Notes under the pieces: generated by a model
Database searches by the model: none
Seen by the model: only the letters and a program-made list of their open reading frames with translations
Told to the model about the DNA's origin: nothing
In this document: piece after piece, positions 48,763 to 60,999 of the stretch
How the letters are laid out: every line of letters begins with the position of its first letter
Position numbering within the stretch: position 1 is the stretch's first letter
Position numbers and translations under genes: made by a program
Assembly: GCA_010909165.1 (NCBI GenBank)
Contig: MU008192.1
Location: 552,364 to 616,363, forward strand
Reading direction: 5' to 3'
Length of the DNA stretch: 64,000 nt
Source: Anthoceros angustus
Taxonomy: Eukaryota > Plantae > Anthocerotophyta

Positions 48763-51700
48763 TGTGGAGTGTGGATTGTGTCCAGGACAGAGGTCCACAT
48801 TCACCCTCAATGTCGTTGTAGGCTTAGGATTCGCTCCCAAGGGAATGGTTTGTGCCAAGCGCTAACTTCTATCGCTCACACCTTCACCTAAGTCAAGACT
48901 TACTGCTATTACTCCTCTTACCTATCTACTCAACCACTACTACCCCGACTTGTCTAACTACCACTCTTATTCCACGACCAAATCTTATTCCACGATCTTC
49001 CACGGGTGGCTCTCACCACGTAGTTGCTTGACCGAGGTGGGTCCCACCAAACCCTAGCGACTTATTTCCGGGCGGCGCCGCGGATCCCCGCCGCAGGCGT
49101 CACTGCACGGATCGGCTTTGCACTCCACACTTCACACACCGATTCCTAGGGACCTAAATTCCACAAATCCTCACTCCACACACACACAAAGGCGCCACAC
49201 TCACAATTTTACAAGGAGCTGTTCCCCTTGCACCCCCTGCGCACGGTTTGGTTTCTTTTGGATTCACACAAATCTCCGCTAGTCTCAATTAGTTCCCTTC
49301 TCAACTCCTCACACCTCGCCAGCGTCATTTAGTCACTCCTTCACCCAATCTTCTCCCTCTCTCTCTCTCTCCCTCAATTCGCCCGCAGGCTTCCAACCAT
49401 CCACTCAACACTTCTCTCTCAATTTCGGAACACAACTAGCAGGGACAAGTGTGAAGGAAAGAAGAACCCCCGGGCGTCACAGCAGGCGTTACGAGCAAGC
49501 TCCAGACCCGCCCCGCGCCAATCCCTTGGTTTCCTCCTCCTTTGTCAGCAAGATTGCTTTATCACCCCTCCTCCCCCAGCTGCGGAGCAAGCTCTCGACC
49601 ACCCCTAGGGCGTCTCGCGCCACCACCTCATCAATCGGACGTCTCCAACCAGCCACAGGCGTGGGGATCTCAACGGGAGTTATCGCGTGAGGGACCTAAT
49701 TCGCCCCTCTTATACGCCATGGGGCACCATGCCCATTTTAGGTCCTAAGATGGCTATCACGAAGGGCCGCGCCACAATTCGGGCGATCCTAGGTCCGATC
49801 ACCTAACCAAATTATCTTTAGGTTGCTACCACCTCACCTCGCTGTCTGCGCGCCCTACCTCGACTTGGCGTCGGCCTCGTCCTCCATTGCTGCCACGAGC
49901 TCTCACCTTGCCGCCGCTGGTCGGGTTCTCCACACTACTTCCACCTCACCATCCTGCTGGACGTCAATTTGAGGTGTACCACCTGGGCTTCGCATCTTCC
50001 GGGCCTATTCGAGGATTATTCGGTTCCTCGTCCACCCAAGCTGGACCTCCTCCTCGCTCAACTCCTCCAAAGTCGCCTCCGCATAATAGGAGCCAACCCC
50101 ACACCGGGTGGTAGAAGTATGCACTTGGTCCTCACTTGCGATGGGTAGGCCACAGTCCCTCCTATTTCCACACGCACATGGGCGGTGAGGTTAAGCCGCG
50201 TTCTCCATTCACATATAGACCAGGCACATAAGTTTCCTCATCCATGTGCCGTAATATAATAGGACCCCTACTGCGGTGGTGCTTACCCCTCCTCCGTAGG
50301 CTACACAGTTGCACGGCCTATGTCCTCGCCCGAGGCACCACGCCGCCCCGCCTGCTTGGGTTGGTTGCGCCAATGTCGGTGGCGGTTTCGACTACAGTAG
50401 TGGACTCCACGGCCGTCGTTCGTTCGACAACTGGTAGGTGAGGTTTCGGCTACCTCGGTTCTTTGCTTCCTTCCGGTAGTTCCTTGCTACTCGATCGTGG
50501 TCACTGCTACCTTCCCCTTTCAGCCTTCCGCTACTCGATCGTGGTCCTGCTACCGCTTCCCCCTTTGTCTTTTCGGCGGCCACGTGCCTCATCCGCTCCC
50601 GTTATCGCTCCGCTAGCTTATGGGCCTTTTCCACCGAGGCCGCTCCCCCCGCTCGCAAACTCCCCTGCATCTCTGGTTCGTCTCGTGGGCATCCTTAATT
50701 TGAGCCATGAGTGCTTCCTGCGGCTCGTCATGGCTTGCAACTTCTCACAGGCTTCTTGAATCTTGGCCCTTATTTCCTCTAGGTTCCGCTTGTCTTCCTC
50801 CAATTGCTTATTGGCCTCCTCGTCAAACTGGCCTTCACCACTTCCTCCGTCGCCCCCTGAGCGGTGAGAGCTAAAGCCGCTTGATCCAACAAATGCGCTT
50901 GGCCTCCTCTTCAACACTGGCCTTCACCACTTCCTCCGTCGCCTGCTGCAGGCGGTGAGGCTAAAGCGCTTGATCCAACAAATGCCTTGGGCCCGGATCA
51001 TCGGCGTGGTCGGCTCACCAAGTCCACTTGTTGTGGCGGCGCCAGACGCCATCCCCTGTCGAGAACTTTCCTCCCCGGCAGGTCGCACCCTCACCAATTC
51101 GGTTGCATCCACCTCTGTTGCCGGTGGAGTCCCTTGAAAATCTCTTCCCATCTTTGAGGGGTCCGCCTCGAGGTCGACCTAAACCCTCGGAGTTGATTCA
51201 TCATCGCATCCAGTCGGCAAAATTGTCCTCGGATCGCGCCTCCTCTTACCACCTCCAAGCTGCCGTTTGGCTTTCATTTTCTGTGGTGGGTTTCGACACA
51301 GTGGCCGCATCGCCTTCACCTTTTTTCGATGCCTTCACCCCGGTCTTCCTCCTTTTTTTGGTGGGAATTTCCTTCTCCTCCTCCAGGCCGCCAGGCTCCC
51401 GGCTATCCGATTTTTCCTCCTTGGGCTCCTCGCCTTCCATTTCACCTCCCTAGGCTTCCACATGTGGAGGAGGCTACAATCTCCACCTCTGGCGGGCAGT
51501 TAGCGTAAACATAAAGATGGACGAAATGGTGAGATTAGAGAGGGCGGGGAAATCAAGTTCAACCTCTCTTCACACAACTTGTCGAGAATTACTTCGATCG
51601 ATCCCTTGACCACTTCATGAAGGAACAGCGGCAAGTGGTCGACAAATAATCACTTCTTGTCTGCGAAACATAGAACCACTGGCGGACCCATCAAGCTGTT

Positions 51701-52690
51701 GCCAAATCCCTCGTCAACCGGCCGTTGGGTTCGTCGCCCGCTTTAACGGGGCTGCTGCTTTTGCCGTGCTTCTTTTCTGGCGGCTCCATCACCAACCGCC
51801 GCCTCCTCCTTCTGCGCCCGCCACCCTTCTAACTCCAGTCCCAATCCTGCGGCTTCGCTCTAAATCCCCTTTGGTTTGTCCTTGGTGCGCACACTCCTGC
51901 ACGTCCAGTTCATGTAATTCCACCGCTCTTCCATGAAACCCGGCTTGACTCCTTCACCTCCAGCTCGAACTTTCCAATGATCCATGTTCGGCCATTGGGC
52001 AAGCACAATTCGGTGGTGACCTTGGCGCCATCCCTCTCACGGTCTTCTTCACGGTCTCGCGCCACAAACGCCACCTCGCTGCGAATTTCACGGGGGTCGG
52101 TCTCGAGTTCCTACCTCCTCGGCAGGCGCGGTCATCGCGCCTTCCTCCTCCGCGTTGCGCCTCGCGATGTCGGCGATGGGGTTGAGCTCCTTCCCGTCGT
52201 TGCGCCTCGCCTCCTGATCAGTGCCCCGAACCACGGCTCCTCGACTTCGTCGCGCCGGTGTCGTCGCTCGCTCGCTCCGTCCGGCCGCCGTTGCGCTCCG
52301 TTGTTTGAGCGGGATTGTCATTCCTAGGGTTAAGTTTCCCGGGTTCCCCTACTCTGTTCGACCTCTCACGCTCCCAATCCACAACCCCACACTCATTCGC
52401 TACGCGCGTCGGTCGACCCCAACTTATAGACCTATCACACTCTAATTATTCCAAACCCCTATCTCACATATATAGACTTTTTAGGAACATTCCAGTCCAT
52501 GGGCCAAGGAACACCAAATTCCCGGACCATTTATTTTCTAACTTAAAAATCAAAACAAGAAAAGAATCCATAGGCCAAGGGCATTTCTTCTATAAATACC
52601 TCGCCTACTACCAACCCGACTTATTTTCACACCGGATCCCAAAAACAAAAAAACACTTCGAGGCCACGTCCCAGCAGTTTCCAAGTCGGA
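48763..52690 (-). repeat. E2 5' LTR, ~3.9 kb, with U3-internal ORF (~52321 to ~50300)
   Basis: Matches 39171-42872; the last few terminal bases are not resolved. Internal frame pieces MTIPLKQRSATAAGR..., IEVILDKLCEERLNLISPP, HFVHLYVYANC, and coiled coil FDEEANKQLEEDKRNLEEIRAKIQEACEKLQAM. Confidence 0.8.
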
Positions 52691-53712
52691 TAAGTCTCGG
52701 CAACCCCACGAGAGTTCCCCTATCTCCTACGGAGGAAGATGGCCAGCTCCGGACTCCCTCCCGGACCCGAGCGTGCGAAGAAGGAGTTGGCGGCAAAAGA
52801 GCCAGGAGGTGGGCGCGTCAGACGGATCGACCTACGGTCACGATTGGGTCAGGAGTTCCTAATCGAACTCACTCTGCAGGCGGTATGTGGCGGTCATAAC
52901 GACCGGAAGCTTCTCGCCTTGGCGGACTTCTTGGTCTGCCGATGTGGCACCCGTGGAGGCGGCGGTTTGGCGGCCGTCATAGACGGCATGCTCGAGGGAC
53001 TCCTACGGGACGAGAAGACCTAGAAGTGAGAGCCACCGAAGCGAATGGTGGGCTCCAAGGTCGTGAGGCGGCAAACGCGAGGATGAGTCCCTCGCTAAGT
53101 CAGGAGGCGTAAGCAGGTGAAAGCAGGCAAGTCCACCCAGGGCGAGGGCAGTGCTCGGCTATGCGAACAGCTGGCTTCGCTCGGGAGGCACTTAGGCGGA
53201 GGACACATGTCAGAGAGGAAGTATGGCCGGGAAGGTGAGGAAACACGTCGGCGAGAAGGCAAGGTGGTAGAATGCACGGAGGCGAGCCGAGCTGGAGGCT
53301 TAGGCAGAGGGGCAAGAGGCGGAGGCCTCTGCCAGGCCGGGACCACCTCTTGGGGTGGAGGAGGCCGGAGGCGGCCAGCCGCAGCAAGCTGAAGGCGGGC
53401 AGGCTGGCGTGGAAACAGCCCCAGCGCATAATGGAGATGAGGAGATGGAAGCAGGCGGCACTGGGGAGCTAGGGGTTAGCATGATGTCCTACTGACTCGA
53501 GTTTTGGAAGAAAATCGTCGTCGGGAGTTGAAAGGCGAAGGAGACCACTGAGATTCTAACTCCCGGGGAAGTGGAAAGAGAGGCAGACTCCTTCAAGGCG
53601 GATCTACGTAGAGTCATGAAGCTGGAGAAAGAGCCTCTCGACTACGCTTGAGGGTGGAGGAGGGTCATGGAAACACGACATAAGGAGCCTTGCAGCGTCA
53701 TTTGGTGGAAAG

Positions 53713-53900
53713 TGTTAAATATATTAGGTTTAGTTGGGTACATTATATATATTTAGGGCTGAGTGAAGTTATGGTTACTTGTTAGTTTTAGAACATATAC
53801 ACTTGTGCTCTTTGCTTTTTAATTAAAATGCTTGTGTTGCATTTGTGGTCTTAGATAATGTTTGCTGTTACAGTTCACATAGTTACCATATAAATTAACA
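53713..53900 (+). repeat. 5' LTR of Ty1/Copia element A (188 bp)
   Basis: TGTTAA...TTAACA inverted ends, followed immediately by Met-type PBS TGGTATCGGA (53901-53910). Confidence 0.8.
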
Positions 53901-54112
53901 TGGTATCGGAAAGGAGTTCAATCAGTCACTCTGAGTGTCCAAAAATTCATAGCAGTCAAATCTTATATTTTGATATGAATTTTTGTATATTCTTGATCTT
54001 GCATAAAGAAAATGCATAGCTTTCCTTCATCTAACGAATGTACGATCGTCTTCTAGACAAATATCTGCACGGCAATCGTGGCTAGATGATGGTAGAGACT
54101 GTAAGAAGGATA

Positions 54113-57100
54113 TCTAAAAGTAAGAGGGAGAATAATGAAGAAGAAGTAATTTACTGTACATGACACGCCTTAAGTAGGCTTACAATAGTAAGTTGTAATC
54201 ACATTAATGAATAACCGTTAAGCCAATGCTTAAACCGCTAAGCGACAAGTAAATAACCCTAATGAAACGTGCCCTAGAACTTAGTCACGAACACCTAAAT
54301 CACTTGTGCATCAACACTCCTCGCTGACTTGGTTCTAAGGCCGTGAAGCTCGGATGGTCGCCATATCGCACGCTGCTCCTCCGTTCTGCCGAGCATCTTA
54401 TCAAGCATCCGGTGGTTCCTTGTTCATGAGTCACCGATCGTGAGCGACAAGATCGCAAGTCTCGAACGAATCAAGTTCCAGGCGCAGAGTGATTCAAGAA
54501 GTCCCTGAAAAGGACTGAGCATCACATGCGGCTTGGGAAGACGTCGATATGGAAGAGTTCATGATCGCGCATCAACACCTCTGCGGTGATATAAACCTGT
54601 TGGTCGGTGAAGATGGATGTTCAACGTCACGAAGACTCCTCTTCCTCATTGCCGATCTTGAGCTCCCCTTGTCGCCTCAGGCGGACCGAACCTAGATAAG
54701 TCTCCTTGCTTATAAGTCCAATACCACATGCGTGCCTTTCATGGATGTCGACAATCCCTTGGTCATGAGATGCGCGTGTTATCGTTGTGTTTACATCTGC
54801 TGCTACTTGCTTACTAGCGACTACTTGCCTAATAAAGTGGTGCGTCAATTTCTACGTGCTTAGTCCGTGCGTGCAAACGGGGTTCAAAGTCATAGCTATG
54901 ATGATTGTCATCAAGAATTGTGGGGCGTCGCTCCTCTCCAATGTCTTTCGTGAATTGTCCGATCCACAGATTTCTTCGCCGGTGAGGTTGCGTATTCGCC
55001 TCGTTGAAGAGAGGCATAGTGCATCTTCTTACACGCCCATGAAATGCATCCTCCATTCATCATCATACGACACTGTGGATCGACGGCGTCTGGTCTCACC
55101 TGATCCGAGAAAGAAGTGAGTGTAAGTTTGTGTTTAGGGTCACCTTTGTAGTAAAGTCCGAGCGTCTTGGTGCCTTTCGGATATCTCTCAAAATGCGCTT
55201 AACATGTGTCCAGGTGCCACCTGTGGTTGATGATATCGAAGCAATGTTGACTGAGCCAGCCGTCCGTCGAGTCCATATAGATAAGTAATACTTCCTCGCC
55301 TCGCTATATGGTATGTTGATCATCTCCTTCACGCTCCTCTAGTGTGGTAGGGCGTTCTCACGACACTTTATCACCGGCCGCTATGGGTGTTGCGGCAGGC
55401 TTTATGCGTCTTTGAGATTGAATCGCTCCGTGAAGTTGCTCCACATAGTGTGCTTGATGTATGAAGAACGTGTGGTTCTTAGGGTCTCTCTCAAATTGTG
55501 CCGAGGGCGTGATTACCGCCCAAGGTCGAAACTTCAGACTCCTTGGATAAAAGGTCTTTTACCTGTATGAACGCTGAATCATTTCAAGACGAAATTGTCG
55601 TCCGACGAGTGTCACAATGGCGAACTTCTCCCCATCTCTCATGAGGTAAACACTTGAGTCGCCAGCTAGGGAACAAATCCGCATTTTTCAAGTAATGATC
55701 TACGGTCTCGTTCCATACTTGAGCTATTGTTGAGACCATGGTGACTTCAAGAGTCGGCAAACCTTCTTGTTATCCTTCGCGAACCCCGTGGTTGCAACAT
55801 ATAGATTTCGTTGAGTGTTCCGTGATAAGAATGCTGTTTTACGCCGACTTGATGAATGTCGAGGTGGTGATGTGCAGCAAAGGCGAAGAGTTCGAATGGA
55901 AGTTGATTTGACAACTGGGCTGCAGATGATTCTCCTCATAATCGAACCTGGGATCTGAGTGAAACCTCCGCCACCGCCCTCGTATCTTGACACCGTGGTC
56001 GGGTTGAGCTTCCTCCAAATGTCCATTTGCGGATATGGGCTTTACTGAGGCAAGTCTATCGTTCCCAAGTCTTATTTGCTATAAGAGAGTCATACTCATC
56101 TTTTGGTACCGCTGTCCACTGAGATTTGAAAGCCTCTTCTATTGTGAGTGGGACTCCCTGCATTTCGATTGCCGATAATGCTTGATGAAGAGCTATTTGA
56201 ACTTGCTTGTGTGTCCGCAGTGCGTCTGCAATTTGTCTTTGTATGAGGATATCTCCGGTACATATGGGGGCTCCTTCCATCTGCCCCTCGGGAGGCCTAT
56301 GTCGAGATGATCGTCTGGGAGTTGCCTGTGCGCAGTGGTGAGTGAGGTTCGGGAATACCTAGGAGTTCGCCACTGTGCCGACTTGAATGGAGGTTGGTGG
56401 TGAGTTGTGGTCGACCCTAGTGGGCACTGTCGGGCCGGTGTGGCCGATCGGAAGAAGGATGGGTCAGATCGATGCCGGTTGGACAATGGGTGCAGGACTG
56501 GATGGAAAATTTGATTCACGACTTGAGATTGTAGATCATCCGGTCGTAGTGGGCCCCTCAAGATCAAGAGGGAATCAGTGAAGGAGTGTCCATAAAGGGC
56601 CGCATCGGAAGGGGGTAGCTTTGGGTACCGTGAGGTAATGGTGAAGAACGTTGCCCTCATTAAAATGTGCACTTCTAGAGTGAATGACCTCTCTCTCAGA
56701 GGGTCGAATAACCTATAGGCTTTAACTTGATCCGAGTACCCTATGAGCAGGAGTTTTCCCCCACTCACGATTGACATCCGCTATATGGGCAAAAGGACTC
56801 CCAAAGATACGTAAGTGTGAAATTCTTGGTTTATTGCCGTCCATCTTCGTAAGGTGTGATGTTTGGGAGTCTTTGGTTGGTAGTCTATTCTTAAGGTAGG
56901 TTGCGGTGGAGACTGCCCCGCCAAAGATCCCTTTGTTAGACCGCTAGTTTGAGAAGGGATCTAGAGATTTCAAGTATGGATCTGAACCTCTGCGGGGTTT
57001 TGCAGGGAGTATGAGGAACGGTAAGTTGCCCGAGGATGCCCTTGAGTTCGAAGGACCGAAAGGCCTGGCTTGTGTATTCACCGCATTGTCTGCTCGCAGG

Positions 57101-59539
57101 TGCCAACTAGGAGTTTGGCGTTCTACTGGTGAGGAACTCTCGGTAATCAAAGCTTCGCTCTTATGCTTCAAGAAGTATATATGGGTATACCTACTCCACT
57201 CGTCCATGAAGGTGAGGAAGTATGAGTGTCCTCCGAAGGAAACTGTACTCATGGGACCACAAATGTCAAAATGTATGACTTCCAGAAGTCTTCTAGCCCT
57301 GGTAGGTTGAGGGTCATTGAATGGCAGTTGATTTAGTTTGGTGTACTTACGGATTTCGCAGAAAAAGTCCTGTTGTACATGAAGTTTAATTGGACGTTGA
57401 TTGCAGGATTGGCAAATGAGTTCAAATACCTCGGGTTCATGTGACCAGCACGGCAGTGCCATAGCAGGGAATTTGTTTTTTTTTGTTCTGGAGAGCTGTC
57501 TACCAACAAAGATGAGTGGGATTGAATGTTCAGCAAGTACAAGTCATTGTAAGGTAAGCCGTGAGCAAGGGCTGTGTGGTCGGGATCTTTTGCATGGCTA
57601 ATGGTGCGTGGTTACCGTAATGTGATTACCAGTCATGCTCGCTAGCTTATGGACCGATAGCAAATTCTTTGTCATTGTTGGGACGTAACTCCGCTAATGA
57701 GGAGTGTTTCTCCGCTTGCCGTAGCTTGATATCTCGACCCACCGATGGGTAATGCACCGTCATCTCCGAGCAAGACGTGTTGATAATACTTGATATGAGT
57801 TGAACATGTCGATGCGCAAATATGGGTGGTAGCTCGAGTCGAGGAACCATCGATGAGGATCTGCCCTCGTAAGTGTAAGGCATACGCCAATATTGAATTT
57901 GCCGCAGTGCTTTTGTTGGTTGTGGTGACATGTGACTCGCCCTTGGACTGCCCTCGACGAGGTTCACCGACATCTTCTTACGCATTCGCTTTCATAGTGC
58001 CCAATGATTTTGCACCGCCATGCTCCTCTCACTCGCTTTGTGGTTGCCTTGGACCCGCACCGAAAGAAGGTCTTGAATCGACCAAAGGGCTTCCGCGAGG
58101 AAAACCGGGTCTAAAACGCCGCCTTGCACCACCTCGTGATGCAAAGAGCACGTGATTGGCTCCGATTGAGTGCCTATTCGCTGGATTCTTCTTCGAGAAG
58201 GGCTGCAACAACTTCGTAAGTGTGGTGCCGAACCTCCGCCAGCCGCTTTGTCCGAGCACCGTGTTTTGAGAACGACGAATGTTCGTATGAACCGTGCAAG
58301 GAGGTTAGAAGAGCGATCGCTGCGCGTGAGGTGGTGCCGCTGGTGAATAACTTTGCCCTGCGGACCTAAAGTTATGCACGTGCTGCTCAACACGATTCTT
58401 TCATTCTCGTGAGTAAAATTGACGTGTTGCATTTACTAGTGACATTGAACTTTGGGCTTGGAACATCTCGTTGAAGGTGTTCCATGCCGCTTGAAGTTGC
58501 CTGTATGTTGTAACATATTCTTATCGATTGCCGAAATAAGAATGTTGCGGGCTCGTTTGTCACTCTTCTCCCATCCTGCAATTTCATCTGGAGTTGCTGG
58601 TGGGTTTGATGTTGTGGATGGCTTAGGGTGTGTACCGTCGACGACGCCCATAAGGTCGTGCTCCCCGAGCAAGGCTTGGATCCTTATCTGCCAAATGTCG
58701 TAGTCGCTTCCCGTGAAGCGATCACGGTCTCTGAAATCCAGTTTTGTGGTGTTGAAATTTAATGTTGTGTTGGTGGGTGGTGGATTCAACGCCATCGTGC
58801 GACGACGACGCCTGATGTTGGCCTCTGCTGTTGCTAATGGATCAAAAGCAAACATGTACTGCAGAAGTCTGCAAATTTAGTGGTCTACATAGTCTACTTG
58901 CGCTTGATCATGGTAAGCTTGCACACTTCTAGATGCTATTCTAGTTGCGACTCTATGCAATTCAACAATTTGAAATACTCGAACTTGGTGAATGCCGCAG
59001 GAGAGAGCGCGATGTAAGCACGTACCCATGGCGATGTTGAGTGTGGCGAATGTGCTGGGAGCGGCACCGGGCGATGCGTGGAGATCGCGGTCGCGGGTGG
59101 TGGAGCGGTGCGCCTGGTGCGTGATGCGATCCGTGCAATCGCAAAGTCCGGTCACTATGTGGGTCTCCTTGTGGCGCAAAACTCCGGATGGCGGCGCCGA
59201 GGCATGCCGAGGCCGGGATCTTTATGTTGAGATGCTGGTCCGCCGGGCGCCATGCTTCCGGATTGCAGATCCAGCTGCGCGCGGAGGCGGTTGAAGGGCG
59301 AGCCTACCGCTCGATACCATCTAAAAGTAGAGAGAATAATGAAGAAGAAGTAATTTACTTGTGTACATGACACGCCTTAAGTAGGCTTACAATAGTAAGT
59401 TGTAAATCACATTAATGAATAAACTAAGCCAATCGCTTAAACCGCTTAACGCTGCATTACAGTAAATAACTCCTAAATTTAAACGTGCCTAGAACTTAGT
59501 CAACACGGGCGAACACCTAAATCACTTGTGCCATCAACA
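54113..59539 (-). mobile_element. Ty1/Copia element B, full length (5427 bp), nested in the leader of Copia A
   Basis: LTRs 54113-54316 and 59320-59539; TSD GGATA at 54108-54112 and 59540-59544; PBS TGGTATCGAGC at 59309-59319. gag (RFTGSDYDIWQIRIQALLGEHDLMGVVDG), GAG-pre-integrase (LWHCRAGHMN), integrase (LEVIHFDICGPM), RT (LIANKTWE) and RNase H (RTKHVEI) in Copia order. Frameshifted. Confidence 0.92.
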
Positions 59540-59609
59540 GGATAAGAATCCCTCAAATAGTAGAGTCAAATTCTCGTGAAGAATTCCAAAGATTGTATTT
59601 CAAAATGCA

Positions 59610-60053
59610 TTGACATCTGTTCAACAAGAAGATAGGTTACGTTTCTTGAAAACCTTCGTTTCATCTTATAGGCCTGATTCTCAGAGTTCAGAATTTGCTT
59701 CACAATGCCCTTGCTCTTGTGATATGTCTAGGTTTTTAGTAGGTAGTAATCCGTCTCCTTTAAGCCACCCCCATCATTCTCTTGATTCTATAGATAATTC
59801 TGAAGTTTTGCTTAATTTAGTAGTGAATCTGAAAAGTCTTATTTTGGAGATTTCTCGTAGAGTTGAAGTGCTGTCAGCAAAACATGATAATTTACGGGAG
59901 TGTGACTCCTGCTCTATAGTCAAGAACGATTTAGAATTGAAGAAACAGATGAAGGATATTGAGAAGCTTAAGGAGCAAGTTGCTGCTCTAACCGCTTCTA
60001 GCCTTTCTCTCTCTCATACTATCCCAAATACCACATGGCAAGCAGCAGAATGA
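59610..60053 (+). CDS. Extra coiled-coil ORF upstream of Copia A gag (147 aa as tracked)
   Basis: Open frame LTSVQQEDRLRFLKTFVSSY...DLELKKQMKDIEKLKEQVAAL. It ends just before the gag-like frame; no ATG start. Confidence 0.4.
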   Translation: MTSVQQEDRLRFLKTFVSSYRPDSQSSEFASQCPCSCDMSRFLVGSNPSPLSHPHHSLDSIDNSEVLLNLVVNLKSLILEISRRVEVLSAKHDNLRECDSCSIVKNDLELKKQMKDIEKLKEQVAALTASSLSLSHTIPNTTWQAAE

Positions 60054-60660
60054 AAGACTTCAAGAGAAGAGATCGCCATCGTCACAATTATTTCCCCGGC
60101 ATGGAGCTTTAGGATAAGAACTATCCTAGAAGAAAAACAGTTGATGGACATAGTAGATGGGACCGCTCCGTAAGAGTGGCTGAAAATCCTCCGGTGTCAA
60201 GCATACACCCGGTGGATCCCCGCGCTCCCCGGACAATGAAAAGGAGGATGAAGCATGGCACAAGTCAGACAGAAAGGCAAAGACAATACTTGTCTCATCA
60301 GTATCTCAAGATATGATTCCTCACATCAAGTTATCGAAGTACTCAAATGAAGTGTGGTCACTATTCTCCGACACATATGAGGCAAAAGACATAATGACGG
60401 AGGTGGCAGCTACACTCAACTTCCAAAATCTGAGAATGAAGGAAACCGAGTCTGTTGAGGCCCAGTTTGTACTAAGTTTCGCTCGCCGGAAACAGTGGCG
60501 CCTTGTGGTGTCATTCCTCGTCTCAGATCCCAAGTCGTCCATACAGCTTGCCGGGCTTTGCCCCCAAGCTATGAGCAATGGAGCTCGAGCCAGCAGGCTG
60601 CAACGACGGTTACACTTCAGCCCACATCGACAAGACCGCGACTCACGAACTTGATCAGCT
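60054..60660 (+). pseudogene. Copia A gag (UBN2-type), truncated
   Basis: RTILEEKQLMDIVDGT, EAWHKSDRKAKTILVSSVSQDMIPHIKLSKYSNEVWSLFSDTYE...LNFQNLRMKETESVE. Confidence 0.75.
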
Positions 60661-60999
60661 CAAAAGGCTAGTAGGGCTGGCCATAACAAGAGGCTAATGT
60701 GAAGCATATGAAAAGGTGATCCAGCAGTTGAGGAGGCTCATTCCACAAACAACTGGACACCCGCCTTTATTCCTAGCCGAGGAAGAGGGGAGAGTGAGGT
60801 CGAGGTCGTGGAGGATTTGGATTTATTCAGGTCATTGGTCACCCTCACAATCGTCACTTTTCCGCCTTGAAACAACTCCAACTCTCGGGAGCGGTAAGAA
60901 GTCCCGGTAGGTGCAACCATCAGAATATACCAGCCATTGGATCAAGGACCAGATGGGAAGAGAAAAGCCGACGAGGTCGCGGCTATGGGCAAGGGTAGG

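Larger units (their letters stand above)
39171..52690 (-). mobile_element. Ty3/Gypsy LTR retrotransposon E2, near full length (~13.5 kb), giant ORF-bearing LTRs
   Basis: Direct repeats 39171-42879 and 48763-~52690 flank a frameshifted gag-pol, with PBS and PPT in the expected places. LTR sequence is not recognisably similar to E1. Confidence 0.9.
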
